From: Epithemia pelagica
Lineage: Eukaryota; Protista; Bacillariophyta
Assembly (NCBI GenBank): GCA_946965045.2
Contig: OX337238.1
Location: 3,162,001 to 3,226,000 of the forward strand
DNA length: 64,000 nt
Direction of reading: 5' to 3'
Part shown: in pieces, positions 10,585 to 21,953 of the stretch
How the letters are laid out: each line of letters begins with the position of its first letter
Numbering within the stretch: the stretch's first letter is position 1
Notes under the pieces: generated by a model
What the model saw: the letters and a program-made list of their open reading frames with translations, nothing else
What the model was told of the DNA's origin: nothing
The model's database searches: none
Program-made: the position numbers and the translations under genes

Positions 10585-11630
10585 CAGATTCAGTCAGTCA
10601 CGCGTCGCTTGGTCCCGTATGGATGGTCGCGGTTTCGATCTTCGGTCCGTCTCTCCGTCCGCCGGGGAGACAAAGATCTCTTGCGCCCACGGACATCCCA
10701 TCGAATCCAATCGGTCGGTCCATACGAACAACGAACATACCAAGAACCAAGAACCCAATCAATACCCAATCATGCATCTCATGTACTACTTGGACGACCA
10801 AGGAAATCGAGTCTATACGATCAAGGTAAGAGAAGATATTATATACAGTTGTTGCTGTTGTTGGTTGCTATTGGAGAGAGTCTCCAGAGTGCAGCAGAGA
10901 TGTATCCCGCCGCCTGGAGGAGGAGAAGGCTGGTTTCTCAGTTTCGTTCGGGACATGATCCTTTGTGTGTGTGTGTACTGTTCTCTCGGAAAATGATGGT
11001 TCCTTTCTCTCTCTTTCCGGAATGACTCCAATTCATGGACACCAACGACGCTTCTTTGGCACGGGGGAATCCTTCAAATTCTGTGTGGTGGACCGACCGA
11101 AGGAATCTCCCACGAATGCCAAAGTGACAAAGTGCGCATCCCGCTCGATTTTCGCCCCATGACAAATTCAGTGCCCAACGAGTCGCCTGCAAAAAGCGAT
11201 TGGCAGTTACTTGACCAAATTGCCGCGATCCAAGCCCTTGCAGGAGTAGTAGTGACAACAAGAACAAGAACGAGAGTACTAGAGGCACACTTGGACAGAG
11301 AGACGCAACTGTGAAACAACCACGAAACCAATTGGAACATGACAAACTACCTATTCTATATCAAACAACATGAACATGGATGGATGGATCTTCCATCGAA
11401 AGCCTTGTCTATGCGTTCTTGCAACAAACCCAGTCACAGGAAAAAGCTCTACCAGTTTGGATCCAGAGAGCCAGAACATGCGCGCCAAGGAGGAAGCAAC
11501 ATCAAGTCAGTCCTGGGAACCATGACTGGATGGATTGGACATGATGAATGGCGTTGTTGGATGGAATCGTTGGACCGATCCAATCGAATGGGTGAAGCTC
11601 CGCGCGGTGATATCTCCCCAGTGGCTGGTC
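10585..11630 (+). repeat. Right arm of the inverted duplication carrying the NOP10 pseudogene
   Basis: Reverse-complement match to 6560-7550, diverged with indels. Confidence 0.85.
10772..11255 (+). pseudogene. NOP10: NOP10 pseudogene
   Basis: Exon 1 intact ([20 protein letters not shown] donor at 10826). Acceptor changed from ccgacAG to ccgacCG; 2-nt and 1-nt deletions in exon 2; original TAG changed to CAG. Confidence 0.88.
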
Positions 11631-11978
11631 CGGTGGCCCCTCCGGCCATGCCCCGCACACTGGAGTGGCAGCAACCAGTGTTCTGTGGGGGCCACAAACT
11701 CGTGCCGTTGCCAAACCCTTGTGGTGGTGGTTGTGGTTGTCGTATACTACTCCACCCTTTTTTGGTTCTCGTGTCGGAATCGGGGAGTTTTGCCTGGTAC
11801 GGCGTGTCACGAGTACCAATCCTCGCGCAGCGCCAACCGACTCGCGCCGTGGGATCCATGGTTGCTCTCCAAGGTACGACGCGGGAGAGAATTGGCTCCT
11901 CTCTCGTTCCCGGCAGAGCAGCAATGGAATCCACCCAAGTTTCATCATCACCACCCCAATCCGGTTACGGATCAAGCT

Positions 11979-12958
11979 CACGAATCATTCGATACAAAAT
12001 CTCTCAAGTAAGTACGGAATGCGTAGAGAACTGAATTCCTACCAATCGACTGCTCGCTGCTCGATTGGTAGGAATCCAGTGATCTACGCATTGACTAATA
12101 CAACTGACGGGTCTGTGTTTGAGTTGGATACCAACCATTTGCATCTTTGGAATATACCAGTGATGATCACGAATCATTCGATACAATCTCAAGTAAGTAC
12201 TGAATGCGTAGATAACTTGATTCCTACCAATCGACTGCTTGCTCCATTGGTAGGAATCCAGTGATCTACGCATTGACTAATACTACTGACGGGTCTGTGT
12301 TTGAGTTGGATACCAACCATCTGGATCTTTGGAATATACCGGTGATGATCACGAATCATTCGATGCAATCCAGTCGATTGGTATGAAATCAAGTTATCTA
12401 CGCATTGACTACTACTGACGGGTCTGTGTTTGAGTTGGATACCAACCATTTGCATCTTTCGAATATACCGGTGATGATCACGAATCATTCGATACAATCT
12501 CAAGTAACTACTTAATGCGTAGAGAACTTGATTTCAAACCAATCGACTGCTTGCTCGATTGGTAGGAATCCAGTGATCTACGCATTGACTAATACTACTG
12601 ACGGGCCTGTGTTTGAGTTGGATACCAACCATCTGGATCTTTGGAATATACCGGTGATGATCACGAATCATTCGATGCAATCCAGTCGATTGGTATGAAA
12701 TCAAGTTATCTACGCATTGACTATTACTGACGGGTCTGTGTTTGACTTGGATACCAACCATTTGCATCTTTGGAATATACCGGTGATGATCACGAATCAT
12801 TCGATACAATCTCAAGTAATTACTTAATGCGTAGATAACTTGATTTCATACCAATCGACTGCTTGCTCGATTGGTAGGAATCAAGTTATCTACGCATTGA
12901 CTACTACTGACGGGAGTTTAATACCAACCATCTGGATTTTTAGAATATACCGGTGATC
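11979..12958. repeat. Satellite with alternating long and short units containing ~70-nt hairpins
   Basis: Anchor cacgaatcattcgat at 11979, 12168, 12350, 12479, 12662 and 12791 (units 189, 182, 129, 183, 129 bp). Long units contain aatgcgtagataacttgatt..taccaatcga-loop-tcgattggtaggaatc..tctacgcatt. Confidence 0.92.
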
Positions 12959-13632
12959 AGTCCCTGCTCATGTTACAAATTTGTTCCATGTTGCCGCGAA
13001 CGCACGACCAAGCCCAGAGGAACCTGCACCAAGTCCAGAAGATGCGCGGTCCAAGTTCTTGTGGTGTGGTCGGATTATTGGACCTTGGCTGTTCCAAACG
13101 AAACAAACCACAACCACCACCACCACAACACGTGTGCGTTGTCCTCACAAGTGTCTCTGCGAAAAGAGAGGCCCATCACACATTCAGTAGTGATGCCAGA
13201 GACGAGGAGGGCGACGACCGACACGACTCCCAATGGCGCTTGTTGGACACGAGCGGATCCAACCGAAAAAGACGTTGTTGTTGTTGTTGTTGCTGATCGT
13301 GTGTCTAGGGAGACTGGCCAACCACATGTTCGACCGATAGTCTTCTCCAGTCTCTCGCTATGACACGTCATTGTTGTTGTTGTCCGGCCTTGGGTGTGTG
13401 TGGACGATTCCGCAAGTCCAAATGGACTGGATAATAGGGATGCCATGATTCACGATGCGCAATTGCGTGGATGGATAGAACAAGAGAACAAGGATGGTGG
13501 TTTCATGGATGCAACAAAAGTGGATATAAGGGGGAAGGGCAAAGGAACAACCCCCTCCCACCACAACGATTCGGCACGAACAGACCGACACGACTCGCAA
13601 CTCGCCCCGGATCGACCACCCTGGCATAACAA

Positions 13633-13756
13633 AACTCGAGTTTCGGCACCGCCTCGACGCAAACGAAGCCACAAAGAACTCGGGTTCCGGCACCGTCTCG
13701 ACTGCAAACGAAGCCACAAAGAACTCGAGTTTCGGCACCGTCTCGACGCAAACAAA
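13633..13756. repeat. 44-45 bp tandem repeat, ~3 copies
   Basis: aactcg(a/g)gtt(t/c)cggcaccg(c/t)ctcgac..gcaaacgaagccacaaag starting at 13633, 13677 and 13722. Confidence 0.85.
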
Positions 13757-15599
13757 GGAATTTCGTGGCATGGTCGGTGTCGGCCAAGGACAGGGTGGTT
13801 GAGGCTCCTTTCGTTTGGATCGTGATTCGGAGTAAAAGACACACACGAACACAACGAGAGAGAGAGAGTGGGAGAGAGAGAGAGGGAGAGATGCCATACT
13901 TGGAACAAGAAACGGAATGGATCCCAACCATCTCATGACGACGACGACGACGACGACGACTGTGCGCTCCAGACATGATGTTTGTGGTGGTAGTGATGGT
14001 GCCGTGCGAGTATGTGGCGGTTCCACCAGGCTTGCCAAACAAAGAACCTTTAAGAAGCAGCAGCGACTCGAGTGTGCGGGGGACCAGAAGTTGCTCGTTT
14101 GAGGACGGCAGAGGTGACATGTGGACTTCACCGGTGCGCTTCCATTTTTTGGTTCGAGCCACGGCTCTCTCGATTCGGACTCGACCGTCTCTTGCAAAAG
14201 GCGTTCCGAAACTCAAGATTTTCAAGTTTTGTTGGATTCGCTCTGGTTCTTGAATTCCAGGAGAACAAGCTTCTTGAGTTCCAAGAAGAAAAAGTCTTTC
14301 TCTGGAATTCAAGAAGAACAAGCTTTTGGATTTCAAGGAGTAGAAGGAATCCAACGCCAGGGATAATCTTCATCATCCTATTGGCAAGAGAAGACGCGCG
14401 ATTCGTGCAATTCCCAGAATGTGTGTGTGTCGCACAAGCGTTCGATACGATCGTTGAGACTGGCAGAGTCGTTTCTGGTGTGGAACTGTAGTAGTAGAAC
14501 AATGCCTGCAACGAGACGGCGTTCCGTTGGAGTTCCAAACGAGACACTGAGAAACTCTCAAGATGGAGGAAGATGTTGGATTCCTGTGCTTCACTGAATG
14601 AGGCAGCAGTACCCCAGGCGCTGTGGCAACAGATTCTTCCAGTTGCCAAACCCATTCGTACTCCACCCTTTTGTTCGTGTCAGAATCTCGAGGTTTGCCG
14701 TTTGGAGGATGCAAGACGTCCACATCGTACGCGCGATTTCTCCGGATGCAACAGTCGGTCCCTTCCAGGACAGGGTGGTGTAGAACTGTTGCGCATCCCG
14801 AGAATTCCCAAGAAGACTCGTGTCTGCAATGTTTGGACGAACGCCATCCATTGGAGTCTCCCTCCTCCTCTGTTTGACAGTCCCCAGGCGTTTACTGGTG
14901 GAGCCTTCAATCTTTTCAACCTTCAGAGGGTGAATGCACTCACTCACACGTGGTTGGTTGCTCTCTCCTTCTGACAGGACAGGTGTGTGTGCTTCTGGAA
15001 TGGGGAAATTCTCTGCGAGTTGTCGTCGTCCATCACGGTTGTTGCAGCAAAGTAGCAATCAAAGGACAGACTCAAACCGATTCCTGGAACGGCGCTTTTG
15101 CTGCTGCTCCTGCAAGTCCATCTGTGGTGAAACGCCATGTGTGGTGGACCGAGGCGACTGTTCTTGGGGTCTGGAGAAACAAACAACGTGCACAAAGATA
15201 CATACCCTTTGCATGTCATTGGAGGCCCCTGGAACACGAATGCCTATTCTCCCTATTCTACAACTACAACCAACCAGGACTCGTGTCGGTGTAGTGTGTC
15301 CGTGGACGCTTTGATTCGAGAACAAGGGAGGAGCCCATTTCGCCAATGGGGAAAGTCCAGCCGCTTCTCCAACACTACTCTAGTCTCGTCACAATCGCTA
15401 GACAGCGGTTCACTCCACCTCGCCATCGCCAGCTATGAGTTGTGTGCGGAGAGTTGCACAACGAATCAGGACTCCACTCCCCATCAAAAGTATTGGAGAG
15501 GAATAAGAGTACTAGTATAGTGTGTCACCATGAAGCGTTGGACTTGAACGCATCGCTCGTTTCCAACGAGATCTTCGCAACCGGAACAGAATCACTCGG

Positions 15600-16359
15600 A
15601 AGTACAGCTGCGACCATATAGCGCGCGATCAAGAACCCTCCACGTCCCACGTCCACGTCGTCCCAGAAAGAACAAACAAAGGCGTTTTGGGTTTGGGCGC
15701 CTTTTGGTTGTGGGTGTGGTATGTTGTGGCACTGTCCTCTCTCGTTTGCTGGATTCGCTCTGTCCACAAAGAGGACAGGACAATCACACCATCACCGTGA
15801 GTTTGGATCTGGTCCAAAGCACCAACAACGAGGACTAGAAGGAAACCGCGCTGCAGCAACAATGCAATTTGCTTCATTCCAAGAATGACGACAACCAACA
15901 CATTGTGGACTTTCTTCACGAGCGTCTGCACTGATTGATGCCTTGGAAATGGAGCAGATGCATCTGCCGCGTGCCACGGGAGAATTTTTCTTTGATGACG
16001 TTGTTGCCCGTACTACGACTACGGCATCTACCACAAACCAAGATATCCAAGACGAAGACTGTGTGACGGCCACCAGTGTTATCGACTTTCTCAATCTGTT
16101 TTATGGAGGTACCAAAGTGGTCAGTGACGACGTGGCCCTGCAAATTGCCCAATCAGGTGGAGCCGATGCCTGTTTGAGTCGATTGGAATCTCAACAAGCA
16201 TTTGGTGTGGCCGAATCGTTGGCGGCTGCCATAGTGGGAGGAGGAGCCGCTGGTTTTGCATCCATTGCCCTGGCCCTGTGGATGTCTCTTATTGTCTACG
16301 AAATAGGAAACTTACTGTCCTGGACGAAACTTTTGCTTCCAGAACTATATACTAACTAG
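15600..16359 (+). pseudogene. EF-hand membrane protein family, copy 1 (internal deletion)
   Basis: Aligns with copy 2 (DFLNLFYGGTK, CVTA..V.DFL), but about 140 bp are missing between gagcgtctgca and tgattgatgcc. This removes most of the EF-hand and leaves a stop before 15943. Confidence 0.7.
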
Positions 16360-17062
16360 GAGTTTTTTTGGGGGAATCAAGTGTGTGTTTTGTCTTATAG
16401 ATTGAATCTTGAAGTAGAGAGTCGAAACATTCCGTGCTTCAGCAGAAAGTTCTGCTAGATGATACCTTTTCCATGCCTCGTGTGTGGACATTCGTTGCCG
16501 TGCGGACCAGGTGTCTCTTTTGTCGTCGTCCTCTTGGAACACGGGAATTTGTGGACTCCTTCTATTTTTGCAACTGAAAGCAAATGAATACCAAGTCTGC
16601 CTTGTGTCTGAAATTACAAGGGAAATAATGATACATTCCGGTTCGTTGTTCGTTGTCCGTCTGCCAGGAGGTTATCGTAGAGCCAACATCATTCTACCTA
16701 CCTCTACTAGGTAGGTAAGTGGTTCGACTATAGCAAGTTTCACAAAGAAATCAGGGATACCCCGGGATCAATCGTATGCTGGACATGTTCGGGTCGCCCA
16801 CGGCAGCTTTTTCCTGTCTTGTACTCTATAATATACTCAAGAGCCTAGCCGGTCCTCTTCCATTGTCCGGTCCTCTTCCATTGTCCTCTACCAAACAATG
16901 TCCTACCGTCCAAGACACGAGTGCTTGCAAAAGGCTCCATTCATTCAATGAATCGTCGTTGGACGTATCATCCATCGGCACAGGTGGTCATGACGAGTAC
17001 AGGCGGGATATCATACCATTCAAGGAGGACACTTCGAAGTTCTTCCTATGTGTCAAAAGGGA

Positions 17063-17410
17063 CTCATCAGTCGCAGGGTCGCCACAGTCACTTTCTGAGT
17101 ACCATTCGCGCGCCAGACAAGAATCATGAAATAACAGTACGCTTCGCGACTGAAACCGTACGCAAAAAAAGAGAAATTTTTTGTTACGGATCGAAAAAAT
17201 ACGTTACGGGCAAAGTCGAAGATTCCGTCGCAGTTGACTCTCCGCAGTCGCAGGTCATCGCGACCTGCGGCAGTCACTTACTCAGTAGTATCCGCGCGCC
17301 AGACAGGAATCGTAAAATCCCAGTACGCTTTCTTAATCTTCCGTTGCGACTGAAACTTTTTGCTATGGATCGAAAAAAACTAATACGTTACGGTTACGGG
17401 CAAAGTTGCA
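17063..17410 (+). promoter_or_regulatory. Tandemly duplicated upstream module of beta-helix gene 1
   Basis: Two copies of cgcgcgccagaca..gaat..cagtacgctt..gcgactgaaac..ttttg(t/c)ta(c/t)ggatcgaaaaaa..tacgggcaaagt (near 17107 and 17293). The same blocks occur upstream of the other two beta-helix genes. Confidence 0.55.
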
Positions 17411-17517
17411 TAGGAGCACACCTATTATATTGTTACGAATAGGAATTCAAGTTACCACTATGGCCTCCTTCTGCTCATAAAATCGCAAACAAGACAAGTT
17501 CGAAAACAAAAGACTAC

Positions 17518-18546
17518 ATGTTCACACTCACTTCTCTTACCGTCGCTCTTTTCTTGTTGTTCGCGTCGCTGCCTTCTTCCAATGGCCTTTTGAGAGGGTC
17601 GTCGTCACCGTCCTCCGCTTGGCCCAAAAGTACGGACACTATGGAACGTCACCTCAATACAATCGAGCTGGCAGAAGGAAGGATGAAGGGATCCTCGTCT
17701 TCCATTGCGAAGGGTTCTCCCCGCAAGCTTGCTGGAACGATGGACAAGAACAAGCGCTGTACTACCGGCGCGATTGTGATTAATGAGTGTGGCAAGAGAT
17801 TAGTTCGAGACAATCGAAGAATATCGTTGTTTATTTTGGAGGACAATTTGGAGTGCAATGTCCAAGAGACTGACTTTGGACTTGATATTTTTGGCTCGGG
17901 TGTCACACTGGATTGCAATGGAAATACAATAACAGGTGTTGTGCCAGATGGTATTTCTTCCTTCACCTTTGATGGAATTCGGATTCGGAATGACAACATT
18001 GTTCTCAAAAACTGCATTCTCACTGGTTTTGATAATGGAATCAAGCTGGGGCAAGAGTTTTCTGCCGTCAGCACTATTTTGTTGCAAAATATTGATTCTC
18101 ACCACAATCGTGTCGACGGTTTGGACCTGGATGCTTTTCGAGGTGTATTGGAAGACATTACAGTCTTGGATTCCACATTCAACGATAACGGAAACACGGG
18201 AGTGCAAGTCAATACCGGTAGCTTCGCGAGGGTTGAAAATCTGGTCGTGTCGGGAGTTCAAGCCAACCGCAATGGTGATTCTGGATTTGAGTTGCATTTC
18301 ATCAAGTCTGGACGGTTGGTGGACGTTGAAGCCAACAACAACGGAAGTGACGTCGATCAATTATTCAGAGATGGCATCAACGTAAGGACTAGGGAAAATG
18401 ACGATACCAAGCTTGTGATTCAAGATTCCAGGGCCTGTGGCAATGGAGATGAAGATATCAGCGACTCTTTCAATGCTGCTACCTTTCATGGAATATCCTG
18501 CACCAACGACGATGGCAAGGGAACTTGTGCCTGCGATTGCCCATAA
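17518..18546 (+). CDS. Secreted right-handed parallel beta-helix (pectin-lyase-like/NosD-like) protein, copy 1
   Basis: Signal peptide ending SNG|LLRG, RHL and RKL motifs, then GVTLDCNGNTITG, DGIRIRNDNIVLKNCILTGFDNGIKL and N-x-x-N-G turn repeats; Cys-rich C terminus CTNDDGKGTCACDCP. Confidence 0.8.
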   Translation: MFTLTSLTVALFLLFASLPSSNGLLRGSSSPSSAWPKSTDTMERHLNTIELAEGRMKGSSSSIAKGSPRKLAGTMDKNKRCTTGAIVINECGKRLVRDNRRISLFILEDNLECNVQETDFGLDIFGSGVTLDCNGNTITGVVPDGISSFTFDGIRIRNDNIVLKNCILTGFDNGIKLGQEFSAVSTILLQNIDSHHNRVDGLDLDAFRGVLEDITVLDSTFNDNGNTGVQVNTGSFARVENLVVSGVQANRNGDSGFELHFIKSGRLVDVEANNNGSDVDQLFRDGINVRTRENDDTKLVIQDSRACGNGDEDISDSFNAATFHGISCTNDDGKGTCACDCP

Positions 18547-18619
18547 CATTTCCTTCGGTAGTAACGATTTTGGGTTGACCGTCTGGGTAAACTAACTACT
18601 CTATTAGCAGACCGATTAT

Positions 18620-18965
18620 GCTTGGTTGCACTGCAACAGGAAGATGAAGACTACTGTTGTAGACGACACATTGTGATTAGAGAACCAGTGGTATAGGGAG
18701 GTAACTAGGAGTATTGGTTTACCTAAAACTCTCTCGAACGCTCCCTCAGTTTGGGATTGAGTTTGGATTGTGAGATTTGCACAGAGCTTGGAGTACAGGT
18801 GGGAACCAGATTATGGCAGACGCACCATCGAAAATCAATCCCAAACTGTAGAAGCGTTCGAGAGAGTCTCAGGTAAAACATAGGTAGCTCCCTCTACCAC
18901 TGGTTCTCTAGTCACGATTCGTCGTCAACAACAGTAGTCTTTTTCTTCCTTTTGCAGCACCATCA
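18620..18965. repeat. Imperfect foldback inverted repeat (~140-bp arms)
   Basis: 18620-18770 (gactactgttg..agaaccagtggta..ctctctcgaacgct..gtttgggattga) is mirrored by 18830-18965, with a spacer of about 60 bp. Confidence 0.8.
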
Positions 18966-19597
18966 AGTAGAGACTTGTCATCATGGGTGGTGGTACCCAC
19001 CGTTACACCAAGCTCTGTGCACCCTTTCATCACAGCGACCTCCGAACAACCTACCTAGAAACCTATTCTTTTTCGTTTTCTGAGTCGCAAGATTCGTGAT
19101 TTTCGTGGTCGCCACGATGTGGTTCCGAATGACGTGCGGAAAAGTTTTGGCTTCCGAATGTGACGTCCAGCCGACCATGATGTGACGCAATCCTGTCCGT
19201 AGATCATTTTTATTGTTTCATTCAGGCATTATTGCGATCGGATCGATCCAATGGCTCCTGGAGGATACCAAGAACCCAAGAACGAGTACAACTACCTGCT
19301 GCTGTTTTAGCACGCTCAGCATGCAGATACTATCTACCATGCCATAGTACGACACCTTCGCACCATGGTTGTGCGCTCGCTCTTTTTCTCCGGAGCATTC
19401 ATCCATTCTCAAAACGACGATTCTGTAGAAAAACCCGGGAACGAGTCTACCAAACATGTCCATTCGAAAACATTTCTGTTTACTACCAACGTAGTTAGTT
19501 AGGTCGGCCACGAAACTGGATGCTCACGAGCCGTCCAGTTCGGTTGTGCTTTTTACAAGAACGAGTGCAAATACTGTGCATATCAATCAAAGGTTGT

Positions 19598-20338
19598 TTA
19601 GTTGGCCGACTTGAGGTATTCCAACATGGTGTTGGCATCACTGACTTCAAAGGGATCCGGTCCCGAGTTTTGGACACGGTCCGGTTCGCAAAACAATTTT
19701 TCAATCGTACCATCCTTCACGACCATGCTGTAGCGCCAGGATCGTTCGCCAAAGCCCCGCTCCGATTCCCAGACACAACTCATGCCCATGCCACGAGTAA
19801 AGTGGGCGGCACCGTCGGGCAACAATTTGGTCTTGGTAAAGCCATTGGCACCAATCGTCTTGTCTTCTTCCAAACCCAAATTCAAGCCCCATTGACGCAT
19901 CACAAAGGCGTCGTTCACTGACAAGCCTAATGAAATCCAACAAACAAACAACAAGAACAATAGACACGAGGCACAAACAAACAAAGAAACAACACGTTAG
20001 TGAGTATTTCATCTTGGCTGCCACGAGACACCGACAAACACAACACACAGTAGACACATACAGTAAATTTCATCAATGCCCGTGGCCTTGATTTCTTCGT
20101 ACAGAGCATCGTATCCAGGCACATGGGTGGAACTGCACGTGGGGGTAAAGGCTCCGGGCAAGCTAAAGACGACGACGCGCTTGCCGGCAAAAATGTCCTT
20201 GCTGGGCACATCCTTCCAATCAAAGGGATTCTCGTCTTCACTTTCAATGCGGACACGAGTGACAAAGGTCATTTCCGGAACGGCATCGCCTTCTTGTTTC
20301 GGCGTCGTCCATTCCGGTTTCAAATCTATCGTTGCCAT
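19598..20338 (-). CDS. Type II (Prx5-like) peroxiredoxin, presequence-less copy, 2 exons (20338-20062, 19926-19598), 201 aa
   Basis: MATIDLKPEW...VFSLPGAFTPTCSSTHVPGY...YC|LSVNDAFVMRQW...DPFEVSDANTMLEYL; 135-bp GT-AG intron; peroxidatic Cys intact. Confidence 0.88.
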
Positions 20339-20730
20339 TGTCGTGCTCTACTAGATGTGGACAGAGTTTGGAATAGAGGTGGGTACCAGATTATGGCAGA
20401 CTACGAGTGCACAGAGCTTGGAGTAAAGGTGGTTACCAGGGCCCACGATGACGTCATGTCGAAAGGAGAAAGAAAGTGGCCACGTCAGATCACTCCCGAA
20501 GCGGCACTATGGACTGAAATGTAGGCATCGAGTCGCACATGACCCCGTGCCAAGGATGTGTACGCACGAAGTTGGTCCGTACGTACGTACCAACCGAAAC
20601 CATTGTCACAAAAAGTCTTGAGAGATTCATCTGTTGCGTGTGAGCCACATCACTCTGTCAGACCAATAGATCCAAACACTGGATCCCATTCCCTTGCAGC
20701 CACTCCTTTTCATTCCACCAATAAAAGACG

Positions 20731-21021
20731 ATGATGTTCAAGACCTTGATTGTTTCCTTGGCTGTCGCCTCCAAGGCGAGTTTGGCCTTTCAGCCTCTGG
20801 CCGCGACTCGTGCGAGATCGGCCTTGGCGTCGGCCGCTGTCGAAACATCGTATTCCATGGACTTGAAACCAGAATGGACGACGCCGAAGCAAGAAGGCGA
20901 TGCCGTTCCGGAAATGACATTTGTCACTCGTGTCCGTATCGAAAGTGAAGATGAAAACCCCTTTGATTGGAAGGATGTGCCCAGCAAGGACATTTTTGCC
21001 GGCAAGCGCGTCGTGGTCTTT
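20731..21021 (+). pseudogene. 5'-only peroxiredoxin copy (presequence plus N terminus), truncated before the active site
   Basis: Nearly identical to 25285-25575 and preceded by the same promoter (20370-20730). Ends RVVVF* and switches abruptly to beta-helix sequence. Confidence 0.85.
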
Positions 21022-21450
21022 TGAATCTTTTCAAGGTATATTGTCAGACATGACAGTCTTCGATTCAAAATTCAACCATGACGAAGATAATGGAGTTGAA
21101 CTAGATGAGGCTGTTGCGAAGGTTGAAAAGCTGGTTGTGTCTGGAGTTGAAGCATACAGGAAGGTGATTCTGGATTCGTTTTGAGTTTCATTATGACGCA
21201 CGTTTGGTTGGTGTCGAAGCCATCAACAATGGAAGGGATGTTGATCAAAATATAAGACGCGACATTAGGATCAGGCATTTTGGGAAAACCAACACCAATC
21301 TTGTGATTCAAGGCTCGAGGGCATTTGGCAATGGAGAAGAAAGCAATGGACAAGATATCAAGCATCCATTCTATAGTGCTACCTTCCAAAGCAATTTCAG
21401 GCGCAAACGACAATGGCAAGGGAATTTTTGCCTGCGATTGTTCCTAGCCT
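21022..21450 (+). pseudogene. 3' half of a beta-helix gene, frameshifted
   Basis: ESFQGILSDMTVFDSKFN...VVSGVEA and VGVEAINNG...NLVIQGSRAFGNG lie in different frames; ends gcctgcgattgttcctag like the family C terminus. Confidence 0.82.
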
Positions 21451-21953
21451 TTGATTGTGCTGCAAACGCAAGAAAACGAACATGGTTGTAGACGACGAAT
21501 CGACGAGAAGAACTGTCATCCTGCTGGTTTGGGACGGTCTATAGTTGGACACTTTGACCATGAATGTGGCTTCTTGTGTCGGACACTCTGCGGAAACACG
21601 GCAGATCAGAGAAAACCCCTGTCGTACGGTTCAGCAAACATCAAACTCATTCGAAAGTGCATGGGTTAGAGCAAATTCCTCGCAAACACAATATCAAAGC
21701 ATTGTTAGAGCTCCATATTCCTTCATGAAGCAAAACGTTGACAAGGCGGATATTGAAGATTCATGGTCCTGATCTGCAGTGTCTTTGCCTTTTTGCCTCA
21801 AGCAATGAAAGTGGTTGAATGCTATGCGAGTCTGTAGACGAGGCGTGCCACAAGAAAATAAACTTGATCAAGACGAAACACTACGTGACAGCCGCCAGAA
21901 GTACCTGACGGGGTTTTCTAATATTACTACTACCATGGAGGCATGGTAGGAAG

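Noticed and set aside
11979-12958. Satellite as a CRISPR array or repeat-protein gene
   Set aside because: No unique spacers and no cas genes in a eukaryotic context; the minus-strand ORFs are broken by stops and by a 182-bp non-3n unit.
12953-15520. Many overlapping 60-280 aa ORFs
   Set aside because: Microsatellite-rich, with no consistent frame or motif; I cannot support a gene model.
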